A stretch of 64,000 nt of DNA, from contig CAWFFN010000008.1 in assembly GCA_963815115.1 (NCBI GenBank), forward strand, positions 672,001-736,000, written 5' to 3'. The notes beneath the pieces were generated by a model. It was not told the DNA's origin, did not search any database, and saw only the letters and a list, made by a program, of their open reading frames with translations. This stretch comes from an uncultured delta proteobacterium (GTDB lineage Bacteria; Desulfobacterota; Binatia; DP-6). The position numbers were made by a program, and so were the translations under genes. Below, piece after piece: positions 11,700-22,888 of the stretch (position 1 is the first letter of the stretch; each line of letters opens with the position of its first letter).

Positions 11700-12371
11700 G
11701 TGCGCCTGGTCTGCTTCGGCGACATCCACATGGCGTTCCGCGCCATCGAGCGGGTCGGCCCCGCTCTCCGCACCGCCGACATCGCGGTGCTCACCGGCGA
11801 CCTCACCAACTTCGGCGAGCCCGACGACGCGTGGCGCGTGGTCGACGCCGTGCGGGCGCACTGTCCCGAGGTGTGGGCGGTCACCGGCAACCTCGACATG
11901 CTGTGGGTGATCGACGCGCTCCGGACGCAGGGCGTCTCGCTGCACGGCGAGGGGCGTCGGCTGGGCGACCTCGGCGTCTTCGGCTGTGGCGGCTCGAACA
12001 TCACCCCGATGGACACGCCGACCGAGTTCGAGGAGGACGAGCTGCTCGCCGTCCTGGAGCGCGGCCACGCCGCCGTCGCCGATGCCCCCCGGCGGCTGAT
12101 GATCTGCCACACGCCGCCTTACGACACCCGGCTCGATCGCCTGATGAACGGCACGCCCGTCGGAAGCCCCGCCGTGCGCCGCTTCATCGAGACGCGCCGC
12201 CCGCAGGTCTGCGTCGTGGGACACATCCACGAGGGCCGCGGCGTGGACACGGTGGGCGACACGCTGGTGCTGAACGCCGGCGCCCTGCGCGACGGCGGCT
12301 ACGTGGTCGTGGAGGACGACGGCCGCGCGCTCTCGGCCGAGCTGCGCCACGTCCGCGACCTGGCGAGCTGA
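11700..12371 (+). CDS. Metallophosphoesterase (Icc-like)
   Basis: GDIH, GDLT, GNLD, HTPP, GHIHE. Confidence 0.9.
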   Translation: MRLVCFGDIHMAFRAIERVGPALRTADIAVLTGDLTNFGEPDDAWRVVDAVRAHCPEVWAVTGNLDMLWVIDALRTQGVSLHGEGRRLGDLGVFGCGGSNITPMDTPTEFEEDELLAVLERGHAAVADAPRRLMICHTPPYDTRLDRLMNGTPVGSPAVRRFIETRRPQVCVVGHIHEGRGVDTVGDTLVLNAGALRDGGYVVVEDDGRALSAELRHVRDLAS

Positions 12372-12382
12372 CCCGCGCTCCC

Positions 12383-13102
12383 ATGGCGCTGCGGGCCGTC
12401 ACGCTCGATGCCGCCGGGACGCTCATCGCCGTCGCCGAGCCCGTGGGCGAGACCTACGCCCGGACGGCCAGGCGGCACGGGCTGCGCGTCGACCCCGCGG
12501 AAGCCGAGGAGGGTTTCCGGCGGGCGTTCGCCGTCGCGCCGCCGCTGGCCTTCCCCGGGGCCAGCCCGACGCGCCTGGACGCGCACGAGCGCGCCTGGTG
12601 GTACACCATCGTGCGGCAGGCGCTCGGCGCGACGGCGCGCGGTGCGAGCCTCGACGCCTGCTTCGAGGAGCTCTACGCGCACTACGCCACCGCGGCCGCC
12701 TGGCGCGTCCTTCCCGAGGTGCCCGGCGTGCTCGCCGGCCTCCGCGCCCGCGGCCTTCGCCTGGCCGTGCTGTCGAACTTCGACGGCCGCCTGGGCGGAG
12801 TGCTCGACTCCCTCGGCCTGCGCCCGCTGGTGGATGCGGTGATCGTCTCGTCGCGTGTCGGCAGCGCCAAGCCGGATCCTGCGATATTCCACGCCGCCCT
12901 GGCGGCGCTCGACGTCCGGGCCGCCGAGACGCTCCACGCCGGCGACGAGCCGGTCGAGGACGCGCTCGGCGCCCACGGCGCGGGCCTCCGTGCGGCCCTC
13001 GTCGGCGGGGGACACCCGACCCGGCCGCTTCCACCCCGCGTCGTCATGCTCGCATCGCTCGCCGACCTGCCCGCTCTCGTCGACGCCGAGACGCTGGCCT
13101 GA
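12383..13102 (+). CDS. HAD-IA hydrolase (REG-2-like)
   Basis: DAAGTL, SNFDGR, KPDPAIF, HAGD. Confidence 0.9.
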   Translation: MALRAVTLDAAGTLIAVAEPVGETYARTARRHGLRVDPAEAEEGFRRAFAVAPPLAFPGASPTRLDAHERAWWYTIVRQALGATARGASLDACFEELYAHYATAAAWRVLPEVPGVLAGLRARGLRLAVLSNFDGRLGGVLDSLGLRPLVDAVIVSSRVGSAKPDPAIFHAALAALDVRAAETLHAGDEPVEDALGAHGAGLRAALVGGGHPTRPLPPRVVMLASLADLPALVDAETLA

Positions 13103-13149
13103 CGGCCGCGTCCGGAACCGGACGGCGGGGAGGTCGCAGCCCGGCCGCG

Positions 13150-14319
13150 TCAGCGCTGGCCGGCCACCGCGCGCGCGGATCGTACCCGGCTCGCCAGCCA
13201 CGCGAGCCAGCCCGCCGAGGCCACCTCGCCGTCCGCCACCAGCGTCACGCTGCCGAAACGCTCGGCGCCGCGCCGGACGATCACCTTGCCGACCCGCTGC
13301 CGCCGGGTGACCGGCGCGGGGATCCGGCGCGGCAGCCTGGTCTCGACCACCACGTCGCTCACCGGGACGACCAGCCGCAGATCGTCGCGGGCGACGGCGG
13401 TGACGCTCGCCGCCGTGCCACCGTCGACGGTGACGGCGGCCACCGGCGTCCCGGCCGTCGCCGCCCGCAGGACCCGGTTGCCGGCATAGGCGTCGTCGAG
13501 CAGGCGCGCCGCGGCCTCGAACGACGCCTGCCGCGACGGCAGGCCGAGCACGACGGCCACCAGCGAGAGATCGCCGCGCGTCGCGCTCGCGGTGAGCGAG
13601 AACCCGGCCGACCAGGTGTGGCCGGTCTTGAGGCCGGTCGCTCCCGGCAAGGTGTGGAGCAGCTGGTTCGTGTTCTTCACCACGAAGGTCCCGTTGCGGA
13701 ACCACGCCTGCGTCGTGCCGGCCCAGCGCATCGCGTCCGGGAACCGCATCAGCTCGCGCGCGAGGCGGGCGAGATCGTGCGCGGTCGTCATGTCGGGCGG
13801 CTGTCCCGGCGGCGGCGGCAGGCCGTTCGGGCTGTGGAAGTCCGTGCCGGTGAGCCCGAGCGCGCGGGCCCGGGCGTTCATGCGCTCGACGAACGCCTCG
13901 ACCGAGCCCGCGAGGTGCTCGGCGATGGCGACCGCGGCGTCGTTGGCGGACGGGATCATCGCCGCGGAGAGCAGCTCGCCGAGCGTCATCGTCTCGCCCT
14001 GGGCGAGGAAGATCTGCGAGCCGCCGGTCTTCGCCGCCCGTGCCGACGCCTGCACGGGCTCGGCGAGGGTGTGCCGCGCGTCGCGGACGTCCTCGAGGGC
14101 CAGCAGCACCGTCATCATCTTGGTCATCGACGCCGGCGGCCAGGGCTTGTCGATCTGCGTTCCCGCCAGCTCCATCCCGGTGTCGGCGACCTCCACCACC
14201 GAGGCGACCGGCTCCGCGGGCGGGGCGGGCATCTTCCTCGGTGGCAGCGTCCTCGGGGCGGCCGTGACCGTCGTGCCGACGGCCAGGAGCGCGAGTGCCG
14301 CGCCGATCGTCCTCCGCAT
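13150..14319 (-). CDS. dacA: D-alanyl-D-alanine carboxypeptidase (S11)
   Basis: PASMTKMM (SxxK), SAN, KTG; signal peptide. Confidence 0.9.
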   Translation of the reverse strand: MRRTIGAALALLAVGTTVTAAPRTLPPRKMPAPPAEPVASVVEVADTGMELAGTQIDKPWPPASMTKMMTVLLALEDVRDARHTLAEPVQASARAAKTGGSQIFLAQGETMTLGELLSAAMIPSANDAAVAIAEHLAGSVEAFVERMNARARALGLTGTDFHSPNGLPPPPGQPPDMTTAHDLARLARELMRFPDAMRWAGTTQAWFRNGTFVVKNTNQLLHTLPGATGLKTGHTWSAGFSLTASATRGDLSLVAVVLGLPSRQASFEAAARLLDDAYAGNRVLRAATAGTPVAAVTVDGGTAASVTAVARDDLRLVVPVSDVVVETRLPRRIPAPVTRRQRVGKVIVRRGAERFGSVTLVADGEVASAGWLAWLASRVRSARAVAGQR

Positions 14320-14383
14320 CCTCCCTCGAGCCTCCCCGCAGATTCCACCGGCGCCGCGTCGGTTCACGGCGGCGCTCTGTCCG

Positions 14384-14830
14384 CTAGCGCTGCGGCGCCA
14401 GCGCCGAGAGCGCATCCTCGCGCCGGATGAGCTGATCGACCTCGGCGCGGATCACCTTGCCCGGCTCCTCGAGCTCGCCGTCGAGCAGCAGGCCGCCGAT
14501 CTCGCCCGTGCTGCGGAGAAAGGCGGCGAGCTTGTCGCGCGTGAGGCGCTGCGGCACGTAGTCGCGGCCCCCGACGAGCGTCTGCCACGCGGTCCCCACC
14601 GCCGCCTCGCTGGTCCACACGAAGAGCGTCCAGCCCCAGTCCCAGCGACCGCCCAGGTATTCTGCCGCGCCGCGGCGTCCCGGCGGACGCCAGAAGAGCA
14701 GGTACTCGCGCGCACCGGCCAGCGCCTGTCGGGCGGTGACGAAGCGGAGGGGCGCGGGAAGCTGTCCAACCCGGCCACGGCGACGCGCGGTGAAGTCGAC
14801 CTCGATGACCTTGCTCCGCGCCGGCTGCAA
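14384..14830 (-). CDS. Hypothetical protein
   Basis: Globular, aromatic-rich segment (EYLLFWRP..WDWGWTLFVWTSE) between co-oriented genes; start uncertain. Confidence 0.6.
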   Translation of the reverse strand: MQPARSKVIEVDFTARRRGRVGQLPAPLRFVTARQALAGAREYLLFWRPPGRRGAAEYLGGRWDWGWTLFVWTSEAAVGTAWQTLVGGRDYVPQRLTRDKLAAFLRSTGEIGGLLLDGELEEPGKVIRAEVDQLIRREDALSALAPQR

Positions 14831-14889
14831 CTTGCAGCGGAAGCTAGCAGCGGCCCACCTGGACGTCAACGAGACGCGCCGCGCGCGTT

Positions 14890-15255
14890 TCAGTTTCCGC
14901 CGTAGCGCGTGTCGGCCTGGAGCACGAGGTGCTCGAGCAGCTTCTGCTCCGCCTGGCGCATGGCGATCACGCGCAGCATCTCCTGCGTCTGCTGGGCGAG
15001 CGGTATCGACGCCACGACGCCGGCCAGCTCGGCCGTCGAGAGCTTGTCGATCGATTCCTTCATCTGATCGAGCACGGGTCGGGGGAGCTCGCGTATCTCC
15101 ACCGATCCCGCCAGCTCGAGCGCCTTGTCGAAGCGCTCCGCGAAGCGCGCTCGCGCCTCCGCGCGCTCCTCGGGCGTCGACGGGATCTTCAGCTTGACGG
15201 CGGCCGAGTCGTAGAGCTCGTCGAAGGCGGCGAGGATGGCGTCGCGTGCCGACAT
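14890..15255 (-). CDS. Hypothetical alpha-helical protein
   Basis: 121-aa ORF with normal composition, ATG start. Confidence 0.7.
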   Translation of the reverse strand: MSARDAILAAFDELYDSAAVKLKIPSTPEERAEARARFAERFDKALELAGSVEIRELPRPVLDQMKESIDKLSTAELAGVVASIPLAQQTQEMLRVIAMRQAEQKLLEHLVLQADTRYGGN

Positions 15256-15367
15256 GGGCCTTCACGTATACACGATCGGGGCGCATGCCAACCCCGCCGC
15301 CGAACGCGCGCTTGCGCCGCGCGCGGTCACCTTGCTACCAGCGCGCATGGCAGACGGGACCCGCAGC

Positions 15368-17095
15368 ATGGGCGATTCCATCGGACGGCCGTTGCCCGCA
15401 CGCGACGCGACCCGCGTCGACGGCGGCGCGCTGGTCGGCCGCATCCTCGGCGAGCAGGGCATTCGCTACTGCTTCACCATCAACGGCGGCCACATCTGGC
15501 CGATCCTGAGCCATCTCCGCGAGAACGGCGTGGAGATGATCCACATGCGCCACGAGCAGTCGTGCGCCTACGCCGCCGACGCCTGGGCACGCACCACCGG
15601 CGAGATCGGCGTGCTCGCGGTGACGGCCGGCTGCGGCCTGACCAACGCGGTCACCGGGCTGTGCGTCGCCGGGCTGGTCGGCAGCCCGGTCGTCTGCCTC
15701 GCCGGACAGCATCCCACCACCGAGGACTACCTGGGCTCGTTCCAGGAGGCCTACGGCTCCGACATCTGCCGCAGCTTCTCGAAGTTCACCAAGCGCGTGC
15801 TCGACTGGTCGACGATCGAGGTCGACCTCCGCATGGCGTTCCGCGAGGCGATGGGACCGCCGCCCGGCCCCGCGCTGCTGGAGATTCCGACCAACATCCT
15901 CTACCAGCAGGACGACGTCGCCCGGCAGCGGCGCGGCGCGCGCATCTACCCGCCCGAGGCGCTGCGCGGCGCCGCCGATGCCGCGGTGGTCGAGCGGGTG
16001 CTGGAGGCGGTGGCGCGCGCCGAGCAGCCGCTCATCGTCGCCGGCGACGGCGTCTTCTGGTCCGACGCGGCGGCCGAGCTGCGCGCCTTCGCGACCCGCA
16101 TGCAGATCCCCGTGTACACGCGGCGTGCGGCGCAGGGCGCCGTGCCGGAGGACGACGCGCTCGCGGTGCGCGGGGCGTGGAAGAAGCCGTTCACCGGCCG
16201 CGCCGACCTGATCCTGGCCGTCGGCTTCCGCTTCTGGAGCGGCGAGCACTTCGGCGAGCCGCCGACCTGGAACGCCGACGCCACCTACGTGCAGATCGAC
16301 GCCACCCCGTCACGGGTCGGCTGGCACGTCCCCGCCGACATCCCCGTGGTGGGCGACCCGAAGCTGGTGCTCGGACAGCTCACCGCCCGGGCCGAGGCGC
16401 TCGGCCTGGACGGGGAGCGGCGGCGCGGCGGCACGTGGCTCGCGGAGGTGGCCCGCGTGCGGGCCGAGTTCGACCGCGCGCTCGTGGCCCAGGCCGACGA
16501 GGTGCACGCCGCGCACCCGATCCACCCTGCCCGGCTGGTGCGCGAGCTGCTGGAGGTGATGGACCGCGACGCCACGATCGTGGTCGACAGCTTCACGCTC
16601 TCGGGCTGGCTGTCGCAGTGGCTCACGGTGCGCTTCCCGGGCCAGGTGGTCGACGCCGGCCCGCTGGCACCCGTCGGGCACGGCATCGGCATGGCCATCG
16701 GCGCGCAGCTCGCGCGGCCCGGCAAGCAGGTGATCGTCGTCATCGGCGACGGCGGCCTCGGCATCGGCGGCATGGAGATCGAGACCGCCCTCAAACACCG
16801 GCTGCCGGTCTGCACGCTGGTGTGGAACAACAGCTCGTGGGGACCGAGCTTCGATCAGATGCCGATGCTGCGCGGACGCGTGGATCCCTTCGATATGCTG
16901 CCTGACCTCCGCTACGATCGCATGTTCGAGGCGATCGGCTGTCACGGCGAGCAGGTGGCGGCCGCGGACCAGATCCGTCCCGCGCTGGAGCGGGCGCTGG
17001 CGGCGGGAAAGGCGTCGGTGGTCAACGTGATCGGCGATCCGCGCGTCGGCCACGCGCGCCTCGGCGGCAATCTCCTGGGATCGACCAAGGTGTGA
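15368..17095 (+). CDS. Thiamine pyrophosphate-binding enzyme (acetolactate synthase-like)
   Basis: RHEQSCAYAAD, GDGGLG..WNNSSWG TPP motif. Confidence 0.92.
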   Translation: MGDSIGRPLPARDATRVDGGALVGRILGEQGIRYCFTINGGHIWPILSHLRENGVEMIHMRHEQSCAYAADAWARTTGEIGVLAVTAGCGLTNAVTGLCVAGLVGSPVVCLAGQHPTTEDYLGSFQEAYGSDICRSFSKFTKRVLDWSTIEVDLRMAFREAMGPPPGPALLEIPTNILYQQDDVARQRRGARIYPPEALRGAADAAVVERVLEAVARAEQPLIVAGDGVFWSDAAAELRAFATRMQIPVYTRRAAQGAVPEDDALAVRGAWKKPFTGRADLILAVGFRFWSGEHFGEPPTWNADATYVQIDATPSRVGWHVPADIPVVGDPKLVLGQLTARAEALGLDGERRRGGTWLAEVARVRAEFDRALVAQADEVHAAHPIHPARLVRELLEVMDRDATIVVDSFTLSGWLSQWLTVRFPGQVVDAGPLAPVGHGIGMAIGAQLARPGKQVIVVIGDGGLGIGGMEIETALKHRLPVCTLVWNNSSWGPSFDQMPMLRGRVDPFDMLPDLRYDRMFEAIGCHGEQVAAADQIRPALERALAAGKASVVNVIGDPRVGHARLGGNLLGSTKV

Positions 17096-17157
17096 TGCCG
17101 CGCGGACGATCGATGGCGCATCCGGCGGGCTCGATGGCCCTGCTCGAGAGCTCCCGC

Positions 17158-17589
17158 CTACTTGCCGGGCAGCGTGCTCAGGGGGAGTCCGAGGCGTGCG
17201 GCCGCGTCTCGCACGCGGAAGTCGTTGGAACAGAGAGGCCACGATTGGCATCGTTCCGCGGAGGCCAGATGGATGGCGTCGAGCGATCGCAGGGCGACCG
17301 CCGGGTGACAGGCCTGCAGGATGCCGTTGGCCCTGCGGAGGATCTCGACGCCGAGGGGCACGAGGTTCAGACGACGCGCCGCGATGTCGTCCTCGACCTG
17401 CTTCCACGCCTTCCTCCGATGCGAGGCGCCGAGCGCTCCTTCGCGCTCCTTGCGAAGGAGGGCGGAGAAGCACTCGGTCATGATCAGCTGGGACGACCAG
17501 ACGACCTGTCCCTCGACGAGGCCGACATAGAAGCCGCTGTCGGGCTCGCGCACCAGCAGCTTCACGAGGATCGCCGTGTCCACGTACAC
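17158..17589 (-). CDS. vapC: PIN-domain toxin
   Basis: MYVDTAILVKL, LRSLDAIHLASA, CSND. Confidence 0.88.
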   Translation of the reverse strand: MYVDTAILVKLLVREPDSGFYVGLVEGQVVWSSQLIMTECFSALLRKEREGALGASHRRKAWKQVEDDIAARRLNLVPLGVEILRRANGILQACHPAVALRSLDAIHLASAERCQSWPLCSNDFRVRDAAARLGLPLSTLPGK

Positions 17590-17595
17590 GGGCGG

Positions 17596-17835
17596 TCAAT
17601 CGCGGGCGTCCCGATCCTCGCGCACGATCGTCTCGGCACGTCGCGCATGCTTCCCGGGTCGAACACCCAGTCGGAGCAGCCGCCGGTTGACGCGAAACGT
17701 GGCGGCGGCAGCATCAACACCGATGAGCTTGGCCTTCGGACGGCCATCACACGTGATCACGATCTCTTCTCCGGCGGCGGCGCGGTCGAGCAACTCGGAC
17801 AGGCGGGCCTTGGCGGTGCGCACCGTGGCGATCAT
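17596..17835 (-). CDS. Phd/YefM antitoxin
   Basis: TVRTAKARLSELLDRAAAGEEIVIT..GRPKAKL. Confidence 0.88.
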   Translation of the reverse strand: MIATVRTAKARLSELLDRAAAGEEIVITCDGRPKAKLIGVDAAAATFRVNRRLLRLGVRPGKHARRAETIVREDRDARD

Positions 17836-17892
17836 GGCCCCACTGTAGCCACCGGTGACTACGGCCGCAAGCGAGCACGTGAGGCCGAGCGC

Positions 17893-19131
17893 GTGACCTC
17901 TCCCCTCAGGGCGTCGGCACACGACGGGATCGGGCCCGCCCATCGTGCGCCGCCTGGCTGGCGCCTGACCCTGGCGATCGCGCTCATCGCCTGGGGCTGC
18001 GGACCGCCCAGGCCGCTGACGCCGACCCCGCCCGACCAGCTGACTCCGCTCGTGGGGTCCGTGACCGCCGAGCCGCGCCCGGTGCTCGGCGCCGACGACC
18101 GCGTCCATCTGGTCTACGAGCTGGTGCTGACGAACATGTTCGCGGCGCCGGCGACCCTGGACGCCGTGGAGGTGCTGAACGACTCGCGGGGCGGCGCCGT
18201 GATCAGCCGGATCGAGGGTCCGGCGCTGGCGCGCATGATGCGGCCCTTCGGCAGCGCGAAGATGGCGACCGGGACCACGCTGGGCCCGGGCCAGTCGGGA
18301 GTGGTCTTCCTGGACGTCACCTTCGGACCGCAGGAGACGCTGCCCAGCAGGCTCTCGCACCGCCTCTCCGTCTTGGCGCGCACCGGCGCGCCGACCGTTA
18401 CCGTCTTCGAGGCGGCGCCGACCCCGGTGTCGCGCCGCCGCGCCGTCGTCATCGGTCCGCCGCTGCAGGGCGACCGCTGGCTGGTGGCCAACGGCTGCTG
18501 CGACGCGCTCAACTCGCACCGCGGCGCCCTCACGCCGATCAACGGTGGTCTCCACGTCCCGGAGCGCTTCGCGATCGACTTCGTCCAGCTCCAGCCGGAC
18601 GGCCGCCTCTACGTCGGTCCGCAGCACGACCTCACGAGCTATCCCTACTTCGGCGCCCCGGTCCTGTCGGTGGCGTCCGGGGTGGTGGTGAACCGCCAGG
18701 ACGACCAGCCCGAGCAGGTGCCGGGCAAGCCCGCGGTCGGGGTCGACGCGGCGACGGCGGGCGGCAACTACCTGGTGGTCGACATCGGGCGCGGCAACTA
18801 TGCCTTCTACGCCCACATGCAGCCGGGGAGCCTGCGCGCCCGGCTCGGGGAGCACGTGGAGCGCGGGCAGATGCTCGGGCTCGTCGGCAACAGCGGCAAC
18901 ACCGATGCGCCGCACCTGCACTTCCACGTCATGGACGGCCCGGCGCCCCTGGCGTCGAACGGCCTGCCCTACGAGGTCTCGGCCTTCGAGGGCCAGGGCG
19001 TGGCGACGGACGACGCGCCGCTCTTCGAGGGCAAGGCCGCGCCGCTCGACGCGGCGGCCCTCGCCGGCCGGCATCGCGATCAGCTCCCGCTCGACCGCCA
19101 GATCGTCAACTTCTCGGTGCCGGCCGACTGA
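17893..19131 (+). CDS. M23 metallopeptidase, probable lipoprotein
   Basis: Lipobox-like IAWGC; ERFAIDF, YAHMQPGS, GNSGNTDAPHLHF. Confidence 0.88.
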   Translation: MTSPLRASAHDGIGPAHRAPPGWRLTLAIALIAWGCGPPRPLTPTPPDQLTPLVGSVTAEPRPVLGADDRVHLVYELVLTNMFAAPATLDAVEVLNDSRGGAVISRIEGPALARMMRPFGSAKMATGTTLGPGQSGVVFLDVTFGPQETLPSRLSHRLSVLARTGAPTVTVFEAAPTPVSRRRAVVIGPPLQGDRWLVANGCCDALNSHRGALTPINGGLHVPERFAIDFVQLQPDGRLYVGPQHDLTSYPYFGAPVLSVASGVVVNRQDDQPEQVPGKPAVGVDAATAGGNYLVVDIGRGNYAFYAHMQPGSLRARLGEHVERGQMLGLVGNSGNTDAPHLHFHVMDGPAPLASNGLPYEVSAFEGQGVATDDAPLFEGKAAPLDAAALAGRHRDQLPLDRQIVNFSVPAD

Positions 19132-19248
19132 GGAAAGTCCCGACGACCGGCGGCGGGATACTTCGCACGGCAATAGCCGCGACCCGCGCCGACGACTACT
19201 TCGCGATATACTACCCCGCTGTGTATCTGGCAGATTGCATCTCTACCA

Positions 19249-19277
19249 TTGACATTGCGGCCACGTCGCGGTAGACC
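19249..19277 (+). promoter_or_regulatory. Sigma70-type promoter
   Basis: TTGACA-17 nt-TAGACC, followed by a GGAGGGG RBS near 19298. Confidence 0.6.
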
Positions 19278-19311
19278 ACCGTCCCACGTCGGCCGGTCGG
19301 AGGGGAATCTG

Positions 19312-20702
<1,391 letters not shown>

Positions 20703-20744
20703 GCAGCCTGGCGTGGACTGCGAGCGCGGTATAGCTCCGACCCC

Positions 20745-21743
20745 ATGGTCGACATCATCTCGCCCCTTCGCGTCTTCGACGCCCTCACCGGCTATCAACG
20801 GACCGCGGCGCTCAAGGCGGCGGTCGACATCGGCCTGTTCACTGCCATCGGCGCCGGGGTGACGACGTTGCCGGAGCTGGCGGCGCGCTGCGGCGCCGCC
20901 GAGCGCGGCGTGCGCGCACTGGCGAACCGGCTGGTGGTGGACGGCTTCCTCACCAAGGACGGCGAGCGCTACGGCCTCTCCCCGGACGCCGCCATGTTCC
21001 TCGACGGCAGCTCGCCGGCGTGCATCGCGTCGGCCGTGCACTTCTTCAGCCAGCCCACCATCCGGGGCGCATTCGACACGCTCACCGACGCCGTCCGGCG
21101 CGGCGGCACGGCGCTCGATCACGACGGCTCGATCGCCCCGGAGCATCCCCTGTGGGTGGAGTTCGCCCGGAACATGGCGCCGCTCTCGGGCCTGGTCGCC
21201 GAGGTGCTGGCTGCGCAGCTCGGACCGGTTCACGGATCCGTGCTCGACATCGCCGCCGGCCACGGGCTCTACGGCATCACCCTCGCCCGGCACAACCCCG
21301 ACGTCCGCCTGACCGCGCTCGACTGGCCCGCCGTCCTCGAGGTGGCCAGGGAGAACGCCCGCACGGCCGGCGTGGCGGATCGCTTCACCACCCTGCCGGG
21401 CAGCGCCTTCGACGTCGACCTCGGGAAAGGGCACCAGGTCATCCTCCTCACCAACTTCCTGCACCACTTCGACCCGGCCACCTGCGAGCGCCTGCTCCGC
21501 CGCGTGCGCGCCGCCCTCGCTCCGGGGGGACGCGCCGTCACCGTCGAGTTCGTGCCCGACGAGTCGCGCGTGTCACCGCCCGAGGCCGCAGTCTTCAGCC
21601 TGACGATGCTCGCGTCGACGCCGGCGGGTGACGCCTACACGCTCGCGGAGTACCGCAAGATGTTCACCGCCGCCGGCTTCTCGGAGGTGGCGCTGCACGC
21701 ACTCCACCCGACGCCGCAGCAGGCGCTGGTCGCCGTCGCCTGA
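20745..21743 (+). CDS. O-methyltransferase (methyltransf_2 with dimerisation domain)
   Basis: VLDIAAGHG, LDWP, GSAF, NFLHHF. Confidence 0.9.
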   Translation: MVDIISPLRVFDALTGYQRTAALKAAVDIGLFTAIGAGVTTLPELAARCGAAERGVRALANRLVVDGFLTKDGERYGLSPDAAMFLDGSSPACIASAVHFFSQPTIRGAFDTLTDAVRRGGTALDHDGSIAPEHPLWVEFARNMAPLSGLVAEVLAAQLGPVHGSVLDIAAGHGLYGITLARHNPDVRLTALDWPAVLEVARENARTAGVADRFTTLPGSAFDVDLGKGHQVILLTNFLHHFDPATCERLLRRVRAALAPGGRAVTVEFVPDESRVSPPEAAVFSLTMLASTPAGDAYTLAEYRKMFTAAGFSEVALHALHPTPQQALVAVA

Positions 21744-21752
21744 GCCCGGCCG

Positions 21753-22277
21753 TCAGTGTCCGCGCTGCGCTTCGGCGGCGGCGCGGGCGGGCATCGAGGA
21801 GACGTCGCCCTCGCGCGAGAGCGAGGCGGCCGTCGCGTCGAGCACGGAGAGGAATCCGCGCCGCTCGCGCTCCGGGAGCGTGCGGTACATGCTGATGAGG
21901 CGGTCGAGCGCCGGATCGCTCAGGATCGGCGTGGCCGGCTGCTCGTCCTCCTGCATCGGCGGTACCATGTGCTCCGCCGTCTCCAGCATGGTCCGGGCGG
22001 AATCGGTGAGCAGCTCCGCCGGGAGCCGCCGGAGCGCCTGCGCCATCACCCGGTTCAGCTTGACGAAGGTGAGGAGCGGCGTTGCCATTCCCCGTCCGGC
22101 CTCGACCCGGCTCACCGCGCCCTGGCTCACGTCCGCGAGGCGGGCGAGCTGGTCCTGGGAGAGCCCCAGGAACTCGCGCGCCTTGCGGATGCGCTGGCCG
22201 GCATCCCGTATGAACTTCGGCCAGTCGGGCTTCGGCTGGGTGGGGACGGTTAGGTCTTTTCCGAGAAGCGACACCAT
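21753..22277 (-). CDS. XRE-family HTH regulator
   Basis: IRKAREFLGLSQDQLARLADVSQGAVSRVEAG. Confidence 0.85.
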   Translation of the reverse strand: MVSLLGKDLTVPTQPKPDWPKFIRDAGQRIRKAREFLGLSQDQLARLADVSQGAVSRVEAGRGMATPLLTFVKLNRVMAQALRRLPAELLTDSARTMLETAEHMVPPMQEDEQPATPILSDPALDRLISMYRTLPERERRGFLSVLDATAASLSREGDVSSMPARAAAEAQRGH

Positions 22278-22471
22278 CGCCTCCGACTGCAAGCCGCGTG
22301 CCCCCATCCGTGCGCGGGCCTGACTGGCAAAATATTGACGAAGATGGGAACGCGAGTTCTCACCCTCGCAGGCGATGGGTACCGCGGTTCCCTCCGGACA
22401 GCCCCGCCGACGCGCCTCGAAGGATGCCCTGCACCGATTGACGGCGTATCACGACGTGATACATCGAGGCC

Positions 22472-22888
22472 GTGCCGGGGCACGAGCCCAAGGAGCGCTG
22501 GCTGCATGCGCGGATCTCGGAGGCCCTCGAGGAGGCCCTCAAGCGCGAGGCGCAGCGCCGCCGCCAGCCGGTGTCGCTGCTGGTGCGGAACGTCCTCGAG
22601 GGCGCGCTCGACCTGGTCGAGGACATCGTCGAGACGAGCCTCGCCGCGTCACGGCTTGGCCGGCGCCGGCGCCCGACCAGCCGGGCCTCGGGCCTGGACG
22701 ACGTCTACGGCTGGCAAGAGCTGGTACTGAACCGCGGGACCGCCTGCGCCCGCTGCGAGGTGCAACTGGCGGCCGGCGACGGCGCCTGGCGCGGCCTGCG
22801 TGAGCGCCAGGCCCCGCCCGTCTTCCTGTGCCCGCCCTGCGTCGGCCGGCTCCGCCGGACCACCCACAACGAGGAGGATTCACCATGA
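22472..22888 (+). CDS. Ribbon-helix-helix-like protein with C-terminal CxxC..CxxC Zn finger
   Basis: LHARISEALEEALKREAQRRRQPVSLLVRNVL; CARC..CPPC. Confidence 0.7.
   Translation: MPGHEPKERWLHARISEALEEALKREAQRRRQPVSLLVRNVLEGALDLVEDIVETSLAASRLGRRRRPTSRASGLDDVYGWQELVLNRGTACARCEVQLAAGDGAWRGLRERQAPPVFLCPPCVGRLRRTTHNEEDSP

Noticed and set aside
17092-19311. Extended ORF-track starts (17092, 19249; likewise 24971, 36886, 12350)
   Set aside because: The extensions overlap other genes or promoters. The TTG at 19249 is the -35 box.
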